Shown: piece by piece, positions 24,801-37,335 of the stretch
How the letters are laid out: every line of letters starts with the position of its first letter
Numbering within the stretch: the stretch's first letter is position 1
NCBI RefSeq assembly: GCF_032062105.1
Contig: NW_026918900.1
Location: forward strand, 868,001-932,000
Source of the DNA: Saccostrea cucullata
Lineage: Eukaryota
Direction of reading: 5' to 3'
DNA: 64,000 bases
Position numbers and translations under genes: made by a program
The notes under the pieces: model-generated
Database searches by the model: none
What the model was told of the DNA's origin: nothing
Seen by the model: the letters and a program-made list of their open reading frames with translations, nothing else

Positions 24801-26029
24801 ATTCAAATGTTCGAATTTCAAATAATTCTTTCTTAATTGTATAACTTTAAGCTATACGGCTCATCAGTATATAAACAGAAACAAATGTAAATAACGAATG
24901 GTGAGAGTCTGCAGGGGGGAGGGAGGGGGTAGAACCCCTAGTGTCCATAACGGTTTATAAAAAAGCGTAAACTGTTCCAACCCAGTTTATACCGTATAAA
25001 ATGGGTAGCTATTAAATTCATTCCTTAAAATTTAAATTTCCATTCATTTGATGTAAGAAAAAAGATGATTGTTCTAACAAAATGACTTATTTGTACAAAA
25101 TTTGAATGTAACGTCAGGCGGATTGATACGCTTTTGACGCAAGTCATTGTGACGTAGGCAACCCATTTTATACGATATAAAGTAAATTTTTTATCCAATT
25201 GAATACATCTTTACGACCAGAATTAAATTATATATAAATAAATATTTTTAAAGATTGGGTTGAATATTTCGATGTATAATATACCTCTTTAATACTTAAA
25301 TGTGAATTCTACTCTTAATTCACACAAATTAAACAGAAATAATGATTTGAAATTTGAGAGCGAGACAGCCCCTTAACGACAGGCCGAGACAGAGATATCT
25401 CAGCCCTGAGGTCGAGACAACCCTAGTTCCGAGGCGCTGTCTCGCCAAGTCCAAAACGCCTGTATCAGGGCTGATACACTACTAGGTATATGATATAATA
25501 TGGTTTGATATATTTCTTTCATTAAGAGGACATTCAAGCAAAAAATGATATTCATCTTCTATACAGTGATCACTACAAAATTGACATATTCTATAGCTTT
25601 TTTTCAATTTTCTGATATCTTCCTGATTCTATACGTAGATCTAAGGTATATGGGAAGAAAGCCTTATTCTTGTAATATTTTTCTTTAACTTAGAATAAAT
25701 AGGTTTTGTCAAACATGCATAGATTTTGGAAATTGGAAAATTTGTCAGACACAATGTGCCTGTACAAAAAACACGTTGTTGAATTTTCAAAAAAAAGCAT
25801 TTATTTACAATCTTGAAGGTAGATATCCAACTGTCTTTCCTTGTACAAAGATATAAACTGTGTTGTGTTAATAAAATATTGACTGAACCAAAAATTCCCA
25901 CGTCCCATTCTAAACAACTTACATGTATCTTTAACCTCCCTCGCCCAATTAATTTTAGAATGTAATTTATTTTCTGCATCGTGCAATAGATATTCATAAG
26001 AAGATTTCAATATACAGTTATTTGTATGG

Positions 26030-26817
26030 TACGGAAGCCCGTTGGTGCCACGTACGAAAAATATTTCATCTGGCGCCCGCCACTTATTATTTGACGGCTG
26101 CAACTTAATATTTGGCGGCCGCCACATCAGTAATTTTACAAAAGGTGAGTGTTATTGGGTGAAGAAGATGGATGTTGACACAGCCGCTGCTAACTGATAA
26201 AAAAGTTAATGATAAAAAAACGAATTCTGAAATATTGGAACACCATTCTTAGAAATCCAAAATGCAAAACTTTACTTAATTCTCAACCAATCATAGCTTA
26301 CAGCAAACAAAAGAATATAGGTGACGAGATAACCCGGTCTCACCTTAAACTAACACCATGATTTATGCCCGTGACCCCTGATGAGGCTTCTTAATAACCG
26401 AAACACTCTACAAATACTTGCATAATTCAAATCAAATATTTATCTGCTCTATGCAAAAACAAATATACTAGAAGTGTGGATTGGAGTATTGGTTCATTAT
26501 AAATCTCTTACAAGTCTGGTTGATTGATGTCGCTATCATAATTTTTACACTGTATCCACCTCTGAAATCACACATTAAAACATGCGCGCGCCTCAGGATG
26601 CCAGGTGTTATCTGGCGGACGCCATATAAATTATGTGGCGGCCGCCAATTATTATGTAGCGGCCGCCAGATAAATATTTGGCGGCCGCCAGATATTATGT
26701 AGCGGCCGCCAGATATTTAAGTGGCGGCCGCTAAATGATAAGTGGCGACCGCCACATAATTATCTGGCGGCCGCCAAATAAAATATTTTTCGTACGTGGC
26801 ACCAACAGGCGTCCGTA
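26030..26817. mobile_element. IS3EU-type non-autonomous element with 6-bp TSD
   Basis: TIR TACGGAAGCCCGTTGGTGCCACGTACGAAAAATATTT / AAATATTTTTCGTACGTGGCACCAACAGGCGTCCGTA. TSD GTATGG at 26024-26029 and 26818-26823. Subterminal GGCGGCCGCC repeats every ~21 bp. Confidence 0.85.
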
Positions 26818-27212
26818 GTATGGAGTAATTTACATCAGTATTTTATAATTCTGATTTTCCTGGATATGGTTAGTGGATACCGACCTAATTCACGATAAAC
26901 CATGTAACTACATGTAGATCCTTTAATTCATAGCAAGTTTTTACAGAACATAAGATAAACGCATTCTTTTTCAGGTGATTTGTGGAAACCCCAAATTTTC
27001 ACAGTCATAATTTAAAACACTTAATATATATGTATCAAACAACTGACAATGTGTTTCAGCATTAAATTCAAAATTTGAATATTTCGATTTAGTCCAAATA
27101 GTGCCTTTCGTCCCTTATCTGCCAGTTTTTTCAGAGTAGTTATAAAACAAAGTAAGGCCTAAATTATTGAAAGAATCGACGCTCTCGAGGATTTCACCTT
27201 TATATGTCCATG

Positions 27213-27730
27213 CATCTTCGCTAGCCAAGGGTTTCTGATACACTACTCTCCTCATGAACCCTTGGCATAAGGTGTTGATAGAAGTTGGGTTTCTTTTCTC
27301 GAGTTCTGATTGGGATTCGGTACACCCGGTCGACCAATCACCAATTGTTATTTTGTAAATGATGATATTTGCGATCGGGATACAATCTCAGACAACGATC
27401 CGTAAAATAACATGCAATTCTATGAATAGTTATGGTGTCATATAATATCTTCTAAATATGTGATTAAGAATCTATATTGAAGTTCAGATTTTTACTATAA
27501 ATAAAAAATAAACATAACTCAATTATTACTTCTTAATCATTCTTGAAAAAAAACTTTAAAATATTTTTTTTAAACACGCGTCTTTATTAATTTTCTGTCG
27601 ATGATGCAATCTGTGGCGTAACTGATATATTCAAGATCACGTGACGAAAACAATCCGTCTTTTGACTTCACCAAATGTCAAGGGTTCATGAGGAGAGTAG
27701 CGTATCAGAAACCCTTGGCTAGCGAGGATG
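27213..27730. mobile_element. MITE with ~55-bp TIRs and 9-bp TSD (MULE-like)
   Basis: CATCTTCGCTAGCCAAGGGTTTCTGATAC... and its reverse complement. TSD ATGTCCATG at 27204-27212 and 27731-27739. Confidence 0.88.
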
Positions 27731-30039
27731 ATGTCCATGACGAATTTACTGTTCCACTGTTTTGGAATACCATAATGTTTTTGATGCAATTACGGTCAGG
27801 TCCCGTGAAGGAACATAATAACGATACAGAGAATGGAGCATTGTTTTGCAAGTCCACGGGCGAATTGGCAAAATTAATATTACCGTATCATCAGCAAACA
27901 TTAAAAAGAATTAATTATGTTCTCGCAATTCCACTGATAGAAATTTTTCTCATATAAAATGATTTTCTAGGTCGTTCAAATACATGTAAAAAAAGATTGA
28001 TGATAGAACGTATCCTTGCATTAAACCATTTTTAACACTACAGATATCAGATACCTGGACGGCATGTTTTACACAGGCTTGAACGTCGGAATACACTGAT
28101 TGGGTGATCCTAATGAGTTTTCCAGTAATCCCTAATTTGGTGAGTTTGTACCACAGCTTCTCCCGGTTAATTAATTGTGTCAAACGTTTTTTTTGTAATC
28201 AACGAAGCAACAGTAAAAACGTTGTTTTTATTTATTCTTTGAGATATCAAACTTTGCAGGGAAAATGTGGCATCTACATTAGAGCGCCAAGCTTGAAAAC
28301 CGAATTGTGCATTTGTAATAATTGACTCCTCAGAGTTCCAGGAAGCGATCCTTTCGTTGAAGATAGACGTAAACAGTTTTACAAGGCTGCTAGTAATACT
28401 ATGCCTCTATAGTTACCTGGATCAGATGTACTGCCTCTTTTTTGGATAGGTACTATAACCGCTTGTGACCACAGTTTTGGACATGTGCCCGATTCAAAAA
28501 CTTTATTGAAGAGGGTAACGATTCCAGGTATTAATATTTTTCTAAATGTCAAAATATATTCGTTGATCAATAAATCACTTTCACAGCTTTTATTACACTT
28601 CAACTTTTCGTACACTCTTCTACTTCTTTTTCTGTTATAATAGAATCCAATGAATCAAAAATAGGCTCATGATTTTCAAAATAGGTTCCAATACAAATGT
28701 AACTTGCAGGTGCGTTAGATAGAGAGCAGAAATGATAAATTGAATCCAAAAGTGAAATTTTCCATTCAAAATGTGTCCGCTTACGGAAATGTTTATTAAA
28801 TTGGCCTGGCTTATTCCTCTTGAAAGCCTGAACCATATCCCCTTGTGAAGTTCGATATTGACGCTTCAATTTAAAAAAAAACATTTTATATTCACGGTTT
28901 AGTCTAATAAGCCTTTTCAAATTAGCACTAAAATGCAGAGAATTATTATAATAATAGTTAAGTGCATCCATGTATTTGTTATACATAGTCCTACATTTAG
29001 GGTTGAACCAAGGTTTGTTCTCCTGCTGAGGCTTTCTGTTTGTGGAAACTGAGACATTGTTATTACAATATTTAACAAAAACACTCTCTAAACAGTGGCT
29101 GTAAATGTCAACACACGTAACTATATCGTCAAGCTTATTCATTAAATCAGCTCTCACATTTTCTGGGAAATTTTCTTTCCATCTAATTGAACACACTGAG
29201 TGATTGTTGTCAGAATAAGATTATCCGTTGGCGATGCCGTTGCAGCAAGACCATGTACATGTATGGTAAAATCAAAAGGTGTGTGATCCTAGAATTCATT
29301 CATTTCACATGCAATAAAGTCTGGTATATAAGGCTGAGCACACTAGTCAAAACTAGGTCAACGGCGGATCGTCTTTGGTCCAACAATTGTAGAAATTCCT
29401 TTGGGAGCTGTTCTGTGATGCTAAAATCTGTAGATTTGAGTTTATAGGAAAATTTTTTAATTCTGCCTCAGAAAAAATCAAAAAAATATCTGAATTTCAC
29501 AACAATTTGACGACAATTTTCTCTGGAATTTCCAACAGCACCATAAGCACTCTCAACCATTTTATCAGAGAGAGTAACGTTAGGTTTTTCGTCACAGAAT
29601 GTCTTGATAATTTCTTTGCATCTCTCATCCTCACACTCGTCTGATCTTTGTTTTGGTGCCCAGATAAAGGAAGCTGGGTAAGAGATTGTCCTGCCTTGAA
29701 AACGAATTATATCTTAAGGTGGGATTCTTGTCTGGTTTTTGACTTATTGCTTATATGTCATGTATTTAGATGTTAGAGGTCTAGAAGGTAATTTTTAACA
29801 CATAATTTACAGTACTTTAGACTATAAAGTTAACGTTTCAGACATGATAAAGTGAAGTCATATATACTTAATAATCATAATAAATAAACGACGCATCAAA
29901 TGCAGAGGAGTCGGGTATTAATTGTCTCTAAGCTCATTTTGGGAAAGATCTGATCCATATTTATTCATCCTAGTGCCTAGTTTGGCAATTAGTGAGGAAC
30001 GGACTATCTATTATAATATGGCTTGTAAGAAATACAAGA

Positions 30040-30239
30040 CTTACTTCCGTGACCAGCACCCTAAGGAGCATGTCAGGCGACCGCCTGGACCACGTGATTC
30101 GCGCTTGGGCAGGACGATGGTAGGTATGCATGTATACCGGAGGGGTTATGTTAAAGAAATGATAGGCATAGAAATCTTATTCAATTTCTTTTGAGGGAAT
30201 AATTCAATTAAATCGCGAATCTTTTGATTACCCCTCGTA
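30040..30239 (+). mobile_element. Right-end fragment of mariner-type element (family of 32868-33828)
   Basis: Similar to 33640-33828. Ends TCGCGAATCTTTTGATTACCCCTCG-TA. Confidence 0.6.
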
Positions 30240-30834
30240 TTGACAATATTGCATTGTCCTTTATGTACTAGCTGTTCCTTTCTTCTTAAAAGCTTGTTTG
30301 TGATTGAATGCTACTCTTGTGAAAACATTTTTTTCATAAACATCATGTTGGTTTCGGTCTCGTTGAAAGTGTGAAAAGTAAGTAAAAAAGAAAGAACAAG
30401 GGTAGAAAAACCAATTAATCGATTTTTTTTATGTTGGTACATATTCTGTTGAACAAATAAATACGATTTTCCAAATGAATAGCCGTATTTTCCGCTGGAA
30501 ACAATCATAGGAAGCTAGGAGAAAGAAAGTTGAAAGATGTTAACATAGAGGTAAGATTAATGAAAGATAAAATAGATTCGTTTTGGTAAAAATTGGTAAA
30601 AATACCATTTTCTTTGAATAAAATTTGAATATGCATATCATTTCTTTCAGATGATGGAAACACAGATTTGAGTGAAAAGTAGATTTTAGGACATCAAGCA
30701 TCTTATTCAATGTTTCATGCGTTTGATGCGTAATTTTTATACCCCCATAATCTTAGATTCTGTCTGTTAGTCTTCAAAAACTTTAACCTTGTCCATAAAT
30801 TTTGAATGGGTAGGAGTATTTGACCTTGATACTG

Positions 30835-30975
30835 GCGTTGATGCGAAAAAGACCCCTCCCTGCTCAATGGCCCCGATTGCCGAGTAAAGGACACAATTTG
30901 CAGCTCTTCGCCAGCAAGTGAGTGAAAAATTCTCCAGAGGGACGTTAAACAATATGAAATCAATCAATCAATCCT
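30835..30975 (+). mobile_element. 3' part of SINE with (ATCA)n tail
   Basis: CCCTCCCTGCTCAATGG...GAGTGAAAAATTCTC shared with the SINE at 58600-58880. Confidence 0.6.
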
Positions 30976-31787
30976 CTCTTTGGGTACTAACATTTTTGTT
31001 TTTCTGACCTTTTTAATGCATGTACTTGAGAGGTTGATACTATGTCTTTCATTTTCCATTTAAACATTCCTTGTGACAAGACCTTTTCTTTGGTAAAAGT
31101 CTTCTTTTTTTTTAAACTAATCACATCAACCTTGGTTTGTGACCTATTATTTAAAAAAAAATTTTACCTTGGCCATATTTTTTTTAATATTTATTGGTAC
31201 AAGGCAATTTTATCAGATGTGTATTTCTTGTAAGAAGACCTGTCTTAGGGTATCGCCATTTATCTCTATACCTTAGAGTTATGCTTATTAAACCTGAAAA
31301 AAATTAACTTACCTTTGGAATTCTATCAGTTTTTTAAAAAAAACAAAACATTTTGTTAATTGCATATTCTGCCTCCTTTCGTGCATCACTTGTTTGAATT
31401 TTGACATGCAACTTGGTCGTCAAGGGAAAACGACTTGAAGAGCAAAGACTTTTTTGTACTGCAATTCAAATTATGGGTTCGAAAAACTGGACACTAACTT
31501 TGTGAGAAATAAGTTCGTCATCTTTCAGTTTAGTCACGTTTACTTGATTAATTAAGAACTATGTAATATGTAAAAGTCATCTTTTTGAATTCAGGTGTTG
31601 AGCTTGTTTATCATATCAAAATTACACAATCTTTGCCCAATATTATATTAAAAAAGTTAATAAGATTGTAACATTCTTGTCTTTTTTCATCACTTCTCAT
31701 TATATACAATAATATAGCATATTAATTTAATCTAAATTTATATACATGTATTCTATAAATATTTATAACTCATTCAAGAGGGAGATA

Positions 31788-32731
31788 TGTTACAACGCAG
31801 CATGTTATATGCGTGGCCTTCAACTCGACATTCAGATATATCGACGACTTATTGTCAATTAAAAATGTTTATTTCTATTCCTACGTCGATGCGATATATC
31901 CTGGAGAGCTTGAGATAAAAGATACCACAGAGTCTGATTCACCTGATTCTTATTTGGATATTTACTTGAAAAAGACGTTAATGGTAATCTAAAAACCAAG
32001 TTATATGATAAAAATGACTTAAACTTTTCTGTCGTCATCTTCCCGGTCTTACTTATGCAGCTATATACCTTCGTCACCTGCGTACGGAGTGTACATATCT
32101 CATTTGATTCGATACGCAAGAGCATGCTCTACGTTTGAACAATGTCTAAAACGAGGTAATTTATTGACAAGCAAGTTGATGAGACAAGAATATCAGCAGT
32201 CTCGTTTAAATTCATCATTTCGTAAGTTCTATGGTCGATACAATGACCTTGCCAGCATATATAATTTATCATTAAGTCAAATGCTAACGGACGTTTTTCA
32301 TAAATTGTTAGTCCATTAATCATACATGTACATTGCACTGATGATGGATTTTCCCGTTATTTTCCGATCATGACAAGGAGCACCCAGCGGGTGTGATCGG
32401 TCAGCAAGGGATGCTCACTCCTCCATGGCACCTGATCCCACCTCTGATGTTTCGGAGGTCCGTGTTTGCTCTGCTTCTATTTTGTATTGTTTTATGGACT
32501 TTGAGACTGTTTGTTATCTGCATATCCTTCCTGTAATAATCTTCGATTATTACATTTTGCGTTGATTTCGACGCAAAATGTAATAACGCAAAATGTAAGT
32601 ATCCTTAAAATGTGCTGTTACATTTTGCCTTATTACATTTTGCGTCGAGATCTACTCAAAATACAATAACACAAAGTGTAAGAATCTCAGTTTATTACAT
32701 GTGCTTAGTTATTACATTTCGCGTTGTAGCA
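31788..32731. mobile_element. TGT...ACA-type TIR element (TTACATTTTGCGTT repeats) enclosing a Naiad-like fragment
   Basis: TGTTACAACGC / GCGTTGTAGCA ends. Near-TSD GAGATA/CAGATA. Same repeat family at 40800-40976 and 54000-54265. Confidence 0.6.
31812..32520 (+). mobile_element. 5'-truncated Naiad-like Penelope RT fragment
   Basis: FNSTFRYIDDLLSI...IYPGELEIKDTTES...SYLDI...LYDK...AYGVYISHLIRYARACS...FRKFYGRYNDL. The ORF ends without a C-terminal GIY-YIG and is followed by the conserved 3' hairpin. Confidence 0.8.
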
Positions 32732-32867
32732 CAGATAGATATGAAGTTTAAAATTTCAAGATGAAGTAATGTCCATAACTGAGCTTTATCATACCTTGAA
32801 AAAGGTGAAGCTTACGAATGGCGATCGATAAAAAAAAAACTACACACAATGCAAATCTGTGAACATA

Positions 32868-33828
32868 CAAGAGGTGATCAAAAAGTTCGCGAACCATCTC
32901 TATATCTACAAAACCGTAATTCAGATTCGAATGAAATTCCGTACACATATAGACATATACAAGGTCTATAAATAGCATATGCTGAATAAAATTCTTCTCC
33001 TTGCTTGTGACGTCACAATGTGAAAATGACGTCACTATGTAGGTCACTTGTTACGAAAAATGGTTGTCTCAGTCTAACTGGTTAAAAAAACGACTGTACA
33101 ATTTATTGTATATCTTAGAAATTCCTCTGCAGTATCACAATAATAATTTGTACACAGTTTATTAAGAAAAATGAGTTCCTATAAATTCAATTAATGATTT
33201 GCTTGATCGTTTTAGTCAAGGAAGGCAGATGGTTAAAAATGATACTTGTCATCTTGCCCAGCGAAAGCAAGTTTGAAAAGATATGTGTTTTTAATTAAGC
33301 AATTTGCTATCAAAGACCTCCAATTTACACTTTGAAAAATAGCTGATAATTTGAACAATAATATAATTCTTAAATACGCAAGATATCGTTTACTTCAGAT
33401 TTTAAACATATTAGATATGATAAAAAGGAGGCACATATTCTCTATCCACCTTGAATAAAGGTCTCTCCCAAGACAGACGATTTGTGTTTTAATGGTGCCA
33501 TGCTTATTTTTAGAAAGGATATTCTTATCCACCCATTCTGTTACCGAGATTTGACCATTTCTAACAAATGAACTATTCTTGTCATAAAAATTAACTCAGA
33601 TGGAAAGAACTATAAAACTCAGAAAAATCATTCAACTTTTGTAACAGAACGCTAAGGAGGGGGTCACGTGACCGCCAATATCACGTGGTTCGCGCATGCG
33701 CAGAACGGTGGTTGATGTGCATTAAAATCGGAGAAGATCAAATTAAAATATAATCAACATTGAAACCAAATATTGCTTCTTTTATGGAAGTTATTCAATT
33801 AGTTCGCGAACTTTTTGATCACCCCTTA
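32868..33828 (+). mobile_element. Degenerate mariner element
   Basis: TA-CAAGAGGTGATCAAAAAGTTCGCGAAC / GTTCGCGAACTTTTTGATCACCCCT TIRs. Decayed transposase HTH remnant (RFSQGRQMVKND) ~33200. Confidence 0.8.
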
Positions 33829-34099
33829 TTATCACTAACCAGAAAAAATAATTACAACGTATCTAAACCCACCTCATTATAATAATTAGCATCTCTGTAT
33901 AGTTCTGATGTTCATCAATATGAACACTAAAATATATCAAAAATGGATATACATGTAATAAAAAGGATTTAAGTGATTCACTAATAAGAGCACTGAGAGA
34001 AAATAGGTAAAGCCTTAAAGCCTTACGATCGTTAATAATCATAGAAAACTATATAAAATGTTAATCACCTCCAATTTATTATACGTGAAAAGGAGAAAT

Positions 34100-34700
34100 A
34101 CTTGCAGTGGCCTTCATTGTTATGTCGATTCGCTATATCCCAGCGAGCTTGAAAGAAAAGATACCAAGGAGTCTGACACATCTTCTTTATATTTGGATAT
34201 TTTATTTTAAAAAAACCTTAATGGTAATCTTACAACCAAGCTCAATGATTACATTGGTGACTTTAGCTTTTCAATCATCAACTTCCTTAACTTATTCAGC
34301 GATGTATCTTCAATACCTGTATATGGATTTTTTTCTCTCAGAAGGGCATGCTATACATATGAATAATTTCTAAATCGGGGAAAATTATTGACAAACAAGT
34401 TGATACACAAGAATATCAGCAGTCTCGTTTAGCGTCATCATTTTGTAAGTTTTATAGTCGACACAATGACCTTGTCAATAAATACATTTTATCGTTGAGT
34501 GAAATGCTGACCGACGTCTTTCATACTAATTGTTAGTCCATTATTTATACACGCTGAAGTTTTTGTTATTTCCCGATCATGAAAAAAGAGCACAGGGCAG
34601 GTGTGACCGGTCGGCAGGGGATGCTTACTCCCCCATGGCACCTGGTATCATATGGCTTTGGAGGTCCATGTTTGCTCTGCTCCTATTTTATCTCCGTATA
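34100..34700 (+). mobile_element. Degenerate Naiad-like Penelope fragment upstream of the GPCR
   Basis: IYPSELERKDTKES...YLDI remnant and the 3' motif GGTGTGACCGGTCGGCAGGGGATGCTTACTCC. Confidence 0.75.
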
Positions 34701-34881
34701 TTTAATTACAAGAAAATTCCAGAATTTCTCTTAACTTCAAATTTTTTTTTTTGAATTTCAGATTGATATTTTCCCTCTAGCTTCTATCAAGAGAGATCAT
34801 CGAGGAACATAATAACATATAATAATAGACTTGTTAAATGAAACTTATGATTAAAACGACACACTGGACAACAAAAGCGGC

Positions 34882-35956
34882 ATGAATAAGTTGGAAACCA
34901 CGGATTGTTCAACGAATACAAGCTTAAATTGTTCCATTCATGTTGAACTTGATAACCATGTAATGCCATTAATTACAATCCCCTTGACGATAGTAGGAAC
35001 TCTCATCATTGTGGTAAATTTAGGAGTTTTTGCTCTTTTAATCAAAGTTAAAAATGTACGGAATAACCCATACCTTTTCTTAGTACTGATGCTATGTGTG
35101 AGTGATTTCATAGCAGGTGTTGGAATCATGTGCATCGGATTGCATTACGTCATACCTTCTTTATATGAGAACAAAATTGTAATTATTTTGCATGTCGTTT
35201 TGATGACATGTGGCTTGACTTTGTCAGTCGTTCAGACGTTTTTAATCAGTTTACAGAGGTACCTGGTCATATGTAAAGAAAACTATCATTCATGCATTTT
35301 TAAGAATAACCGGAAGTATTGTGTTTGTGGTGGAACTTCAATAGTTCTCGTGATCTTTAACTTCGTTCTTATTTCACGGCCAAACCGGAATATGAATTTG
35401 GATCATGACCGGTTTTTGTCGTATGTCTACCATGGGAATTACCTTGCTCACTCGATATCTCAAGTTTCTGACACTCTGTTTCTTATCATTGACGGTCATC
35501 TTCTACCTTGCAACTGGTGGCCATGTTCTGAAAACTTACAAGAAAGTGAGTCCTATGAGTACCTCGAATTCAACACATTCAACACAGTTAAGTACTATTC
35601 ATATCCCCAAGCCGCATGCGCAGCTACCTGCTACATTCGACGACACTTCTAATACGAAAATTGGTAATAACCGTCAAGGCAAATCGAATTTCCAGCATCA
35701 TCAAAATTTGATTTCACTGAGACAGAAAAAAATTAACAGTACTTTGTATTTAGTTGGTTTATTAATCATAATTCTTGTAATTTTAACAGGACCTTTCATT
35801 CTAACATTATGGTATGACAAAACGTCCTCAAACGTCAATGGTGTATTGTTATTTCTATGTGTGTCAAATTCTCTTGCTAATCCATTCAAATATTTGTGGA
35901 GGCTGTCTGAAGTTCGAATATTGATAAAATCACGACTTTGCTGTGTGAAGCATTAG
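34882..35956 (+). pseudogene. Intronless rhodopsin-class (class A) GPCR with one frameshift near 35445-35455
   Basis: ORF 34882 encodes N-terminal sequons, TM1 (VN), TM2 (LCVSD), TM3 (ISLQRY) and TM4. The overlapping +1 ORF (35405-35956) supplies TM5, TM6 (LTGP) and TM7 (NSLANPFKY) plus a CC tail. Upstream acceptor at ~34760. Confidence 0.85.
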
Positions 35957-35999
35957 ATACTTTCATTTTTTTTTACATACTTAGTAATAAGTACAGGAT

Positions 36000-36715
36000 A
36001 TGCGATATGGTTGATGTCAGGGTTGATATGTTTCTGCGTGGCTGACACGGATCGATATTACAACCTAGGAAATTGAAATCTAAAAAAAAAACAGTACTTG
36101 TGATATTACACATATTTTGGGGGTACACTTTTTCTAAATTTTAAGGCAATATGAACTGCATTTTTGAAAGTTTTATATTGCTGTAAAAATGTGTTGTTAT
36201 GAATTATTTGTGTGTAATTTAAACCTTTATGATCAAATAGCCTAAAATAATGCATTAAATTGTGTCAGAATAAAGACTTTCGTACAACAGAAGATATAGA
36301 ATTATATAAAATTTTGCTTCGCAAATATGAACAATACAATGTATAGACTTTTTTCCCTTTCATTGAAAAAGTTAAATATTAATTTGCCAAAAAAAAAGAA
36401 TTGACATGTAATTTACAGCTCATATTGCATTGCTTTAGCATTTTGATTGGAAGGATCATCTAATTGACAAAAGACTGTTTCAAACGAAGGATCGGACACA
36501 AATGAAATAGAAGTAGATACATACATAAACTGTGTGAAACAATAAGCTATTTATATGCCACAAGTGTTGTGTCTTTTCCATCAATTCATGATAAAACATT
36601 ACCCTTTTCCACATCACATTCTGTATCAGCCCTCGACCAATATCAGCCTACGGGCATTGGGCCCTCTGGCTGATATTTGATATGAAAGAGGGTAAAATGT
36701 ATTATTCTCTATTTA
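36000..36715. mobile_element. Probable Crypton-type non-autonomous remnant
   Basis: CAGGGTTGATATG at the left. TATCAGCCCTCG...ATATCAGCC...GGCTGATAT hairpin at the right. Related motif at 25395-25476. Confidence 0.4.
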
Positions 36716-36999
36716 CTGGCTTGATATGTATAAGAGGAAATAAATTAAGTTATAACTTCTTATGACTTTTTTCATATTTTACGTACTATTTTCGTAGCCA
36801 CCATTGTATATCGAACTGATACTGACATTGTTGAACATTAATAAGATGAAGAAAAGTACGTTGAATATAAAAAAAAGAATGGAATCCGCTTCTCCAATGC
36901 TCCACTGGTTACATAAATTATATAGCTAAAAAATATAGCTGCAAATTTATCAGGAGAGAAGATTTCTCGTAGGGATGTATAGCAAATGACTTATGCAGC

Positions 37000-37335
37000 A
37001 ATATACTTTTATCCCCTGCAGCTGCATGATGGGGCTTATATCTCTCAGTTGACTTGATACGCAGGAGCATGTTCTATGTATGAACAATCTTTAAAACGAG
37101 GAATGTTATGAATCACAAGTTGCTGAAACAAGAATATATTAAGAAATCTCGGTTAAAGTCATCATTTCGTAATTTCTATGGTCAATATATGACCTTGTCA
37201 GCAAAAAAAAAAAATTAACATTAAGTCAAATGCTGACTGACGATTTTCATACTTATTATAATCACTAGCATGACCGATTGGTATGGGATGCTCACTCCTC
37301 AATGTATATGACACCTGGTACCACGTCTAATGTGT
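37000..37335 (+). mobile_element. Degenerate Naiad-like 3' fragment
   Basis: ISQLT*YAGACSMYEQSLKRG...SFRNFYG remnant followed by GGGATGCTCACTCCTC. Confidence 0.7.

Larger units (their letters stand above)
25620..29500 (-). mobile_element. Degenerate non-LTR retrotransposon (RTE-X-like), split by two MITEs
   Basis: NKPWFN, LFNKVFESGTCPKLWSQAVIVPIQKRGSTSDPGNYRGIVL, REKLWYKL...GLMQGYVLSSIFFYMYLNDL. The C-terminus (INWAREVK) is homologous to 40958-41491. Confidence 0.85.

Noticed and set aside
26378-26410. Hammerhead-like CTGATGAG...CGAAAC
   Set aside because: Helix II is mismatched, and there is no GUH cleavage triplet or helix I partner.
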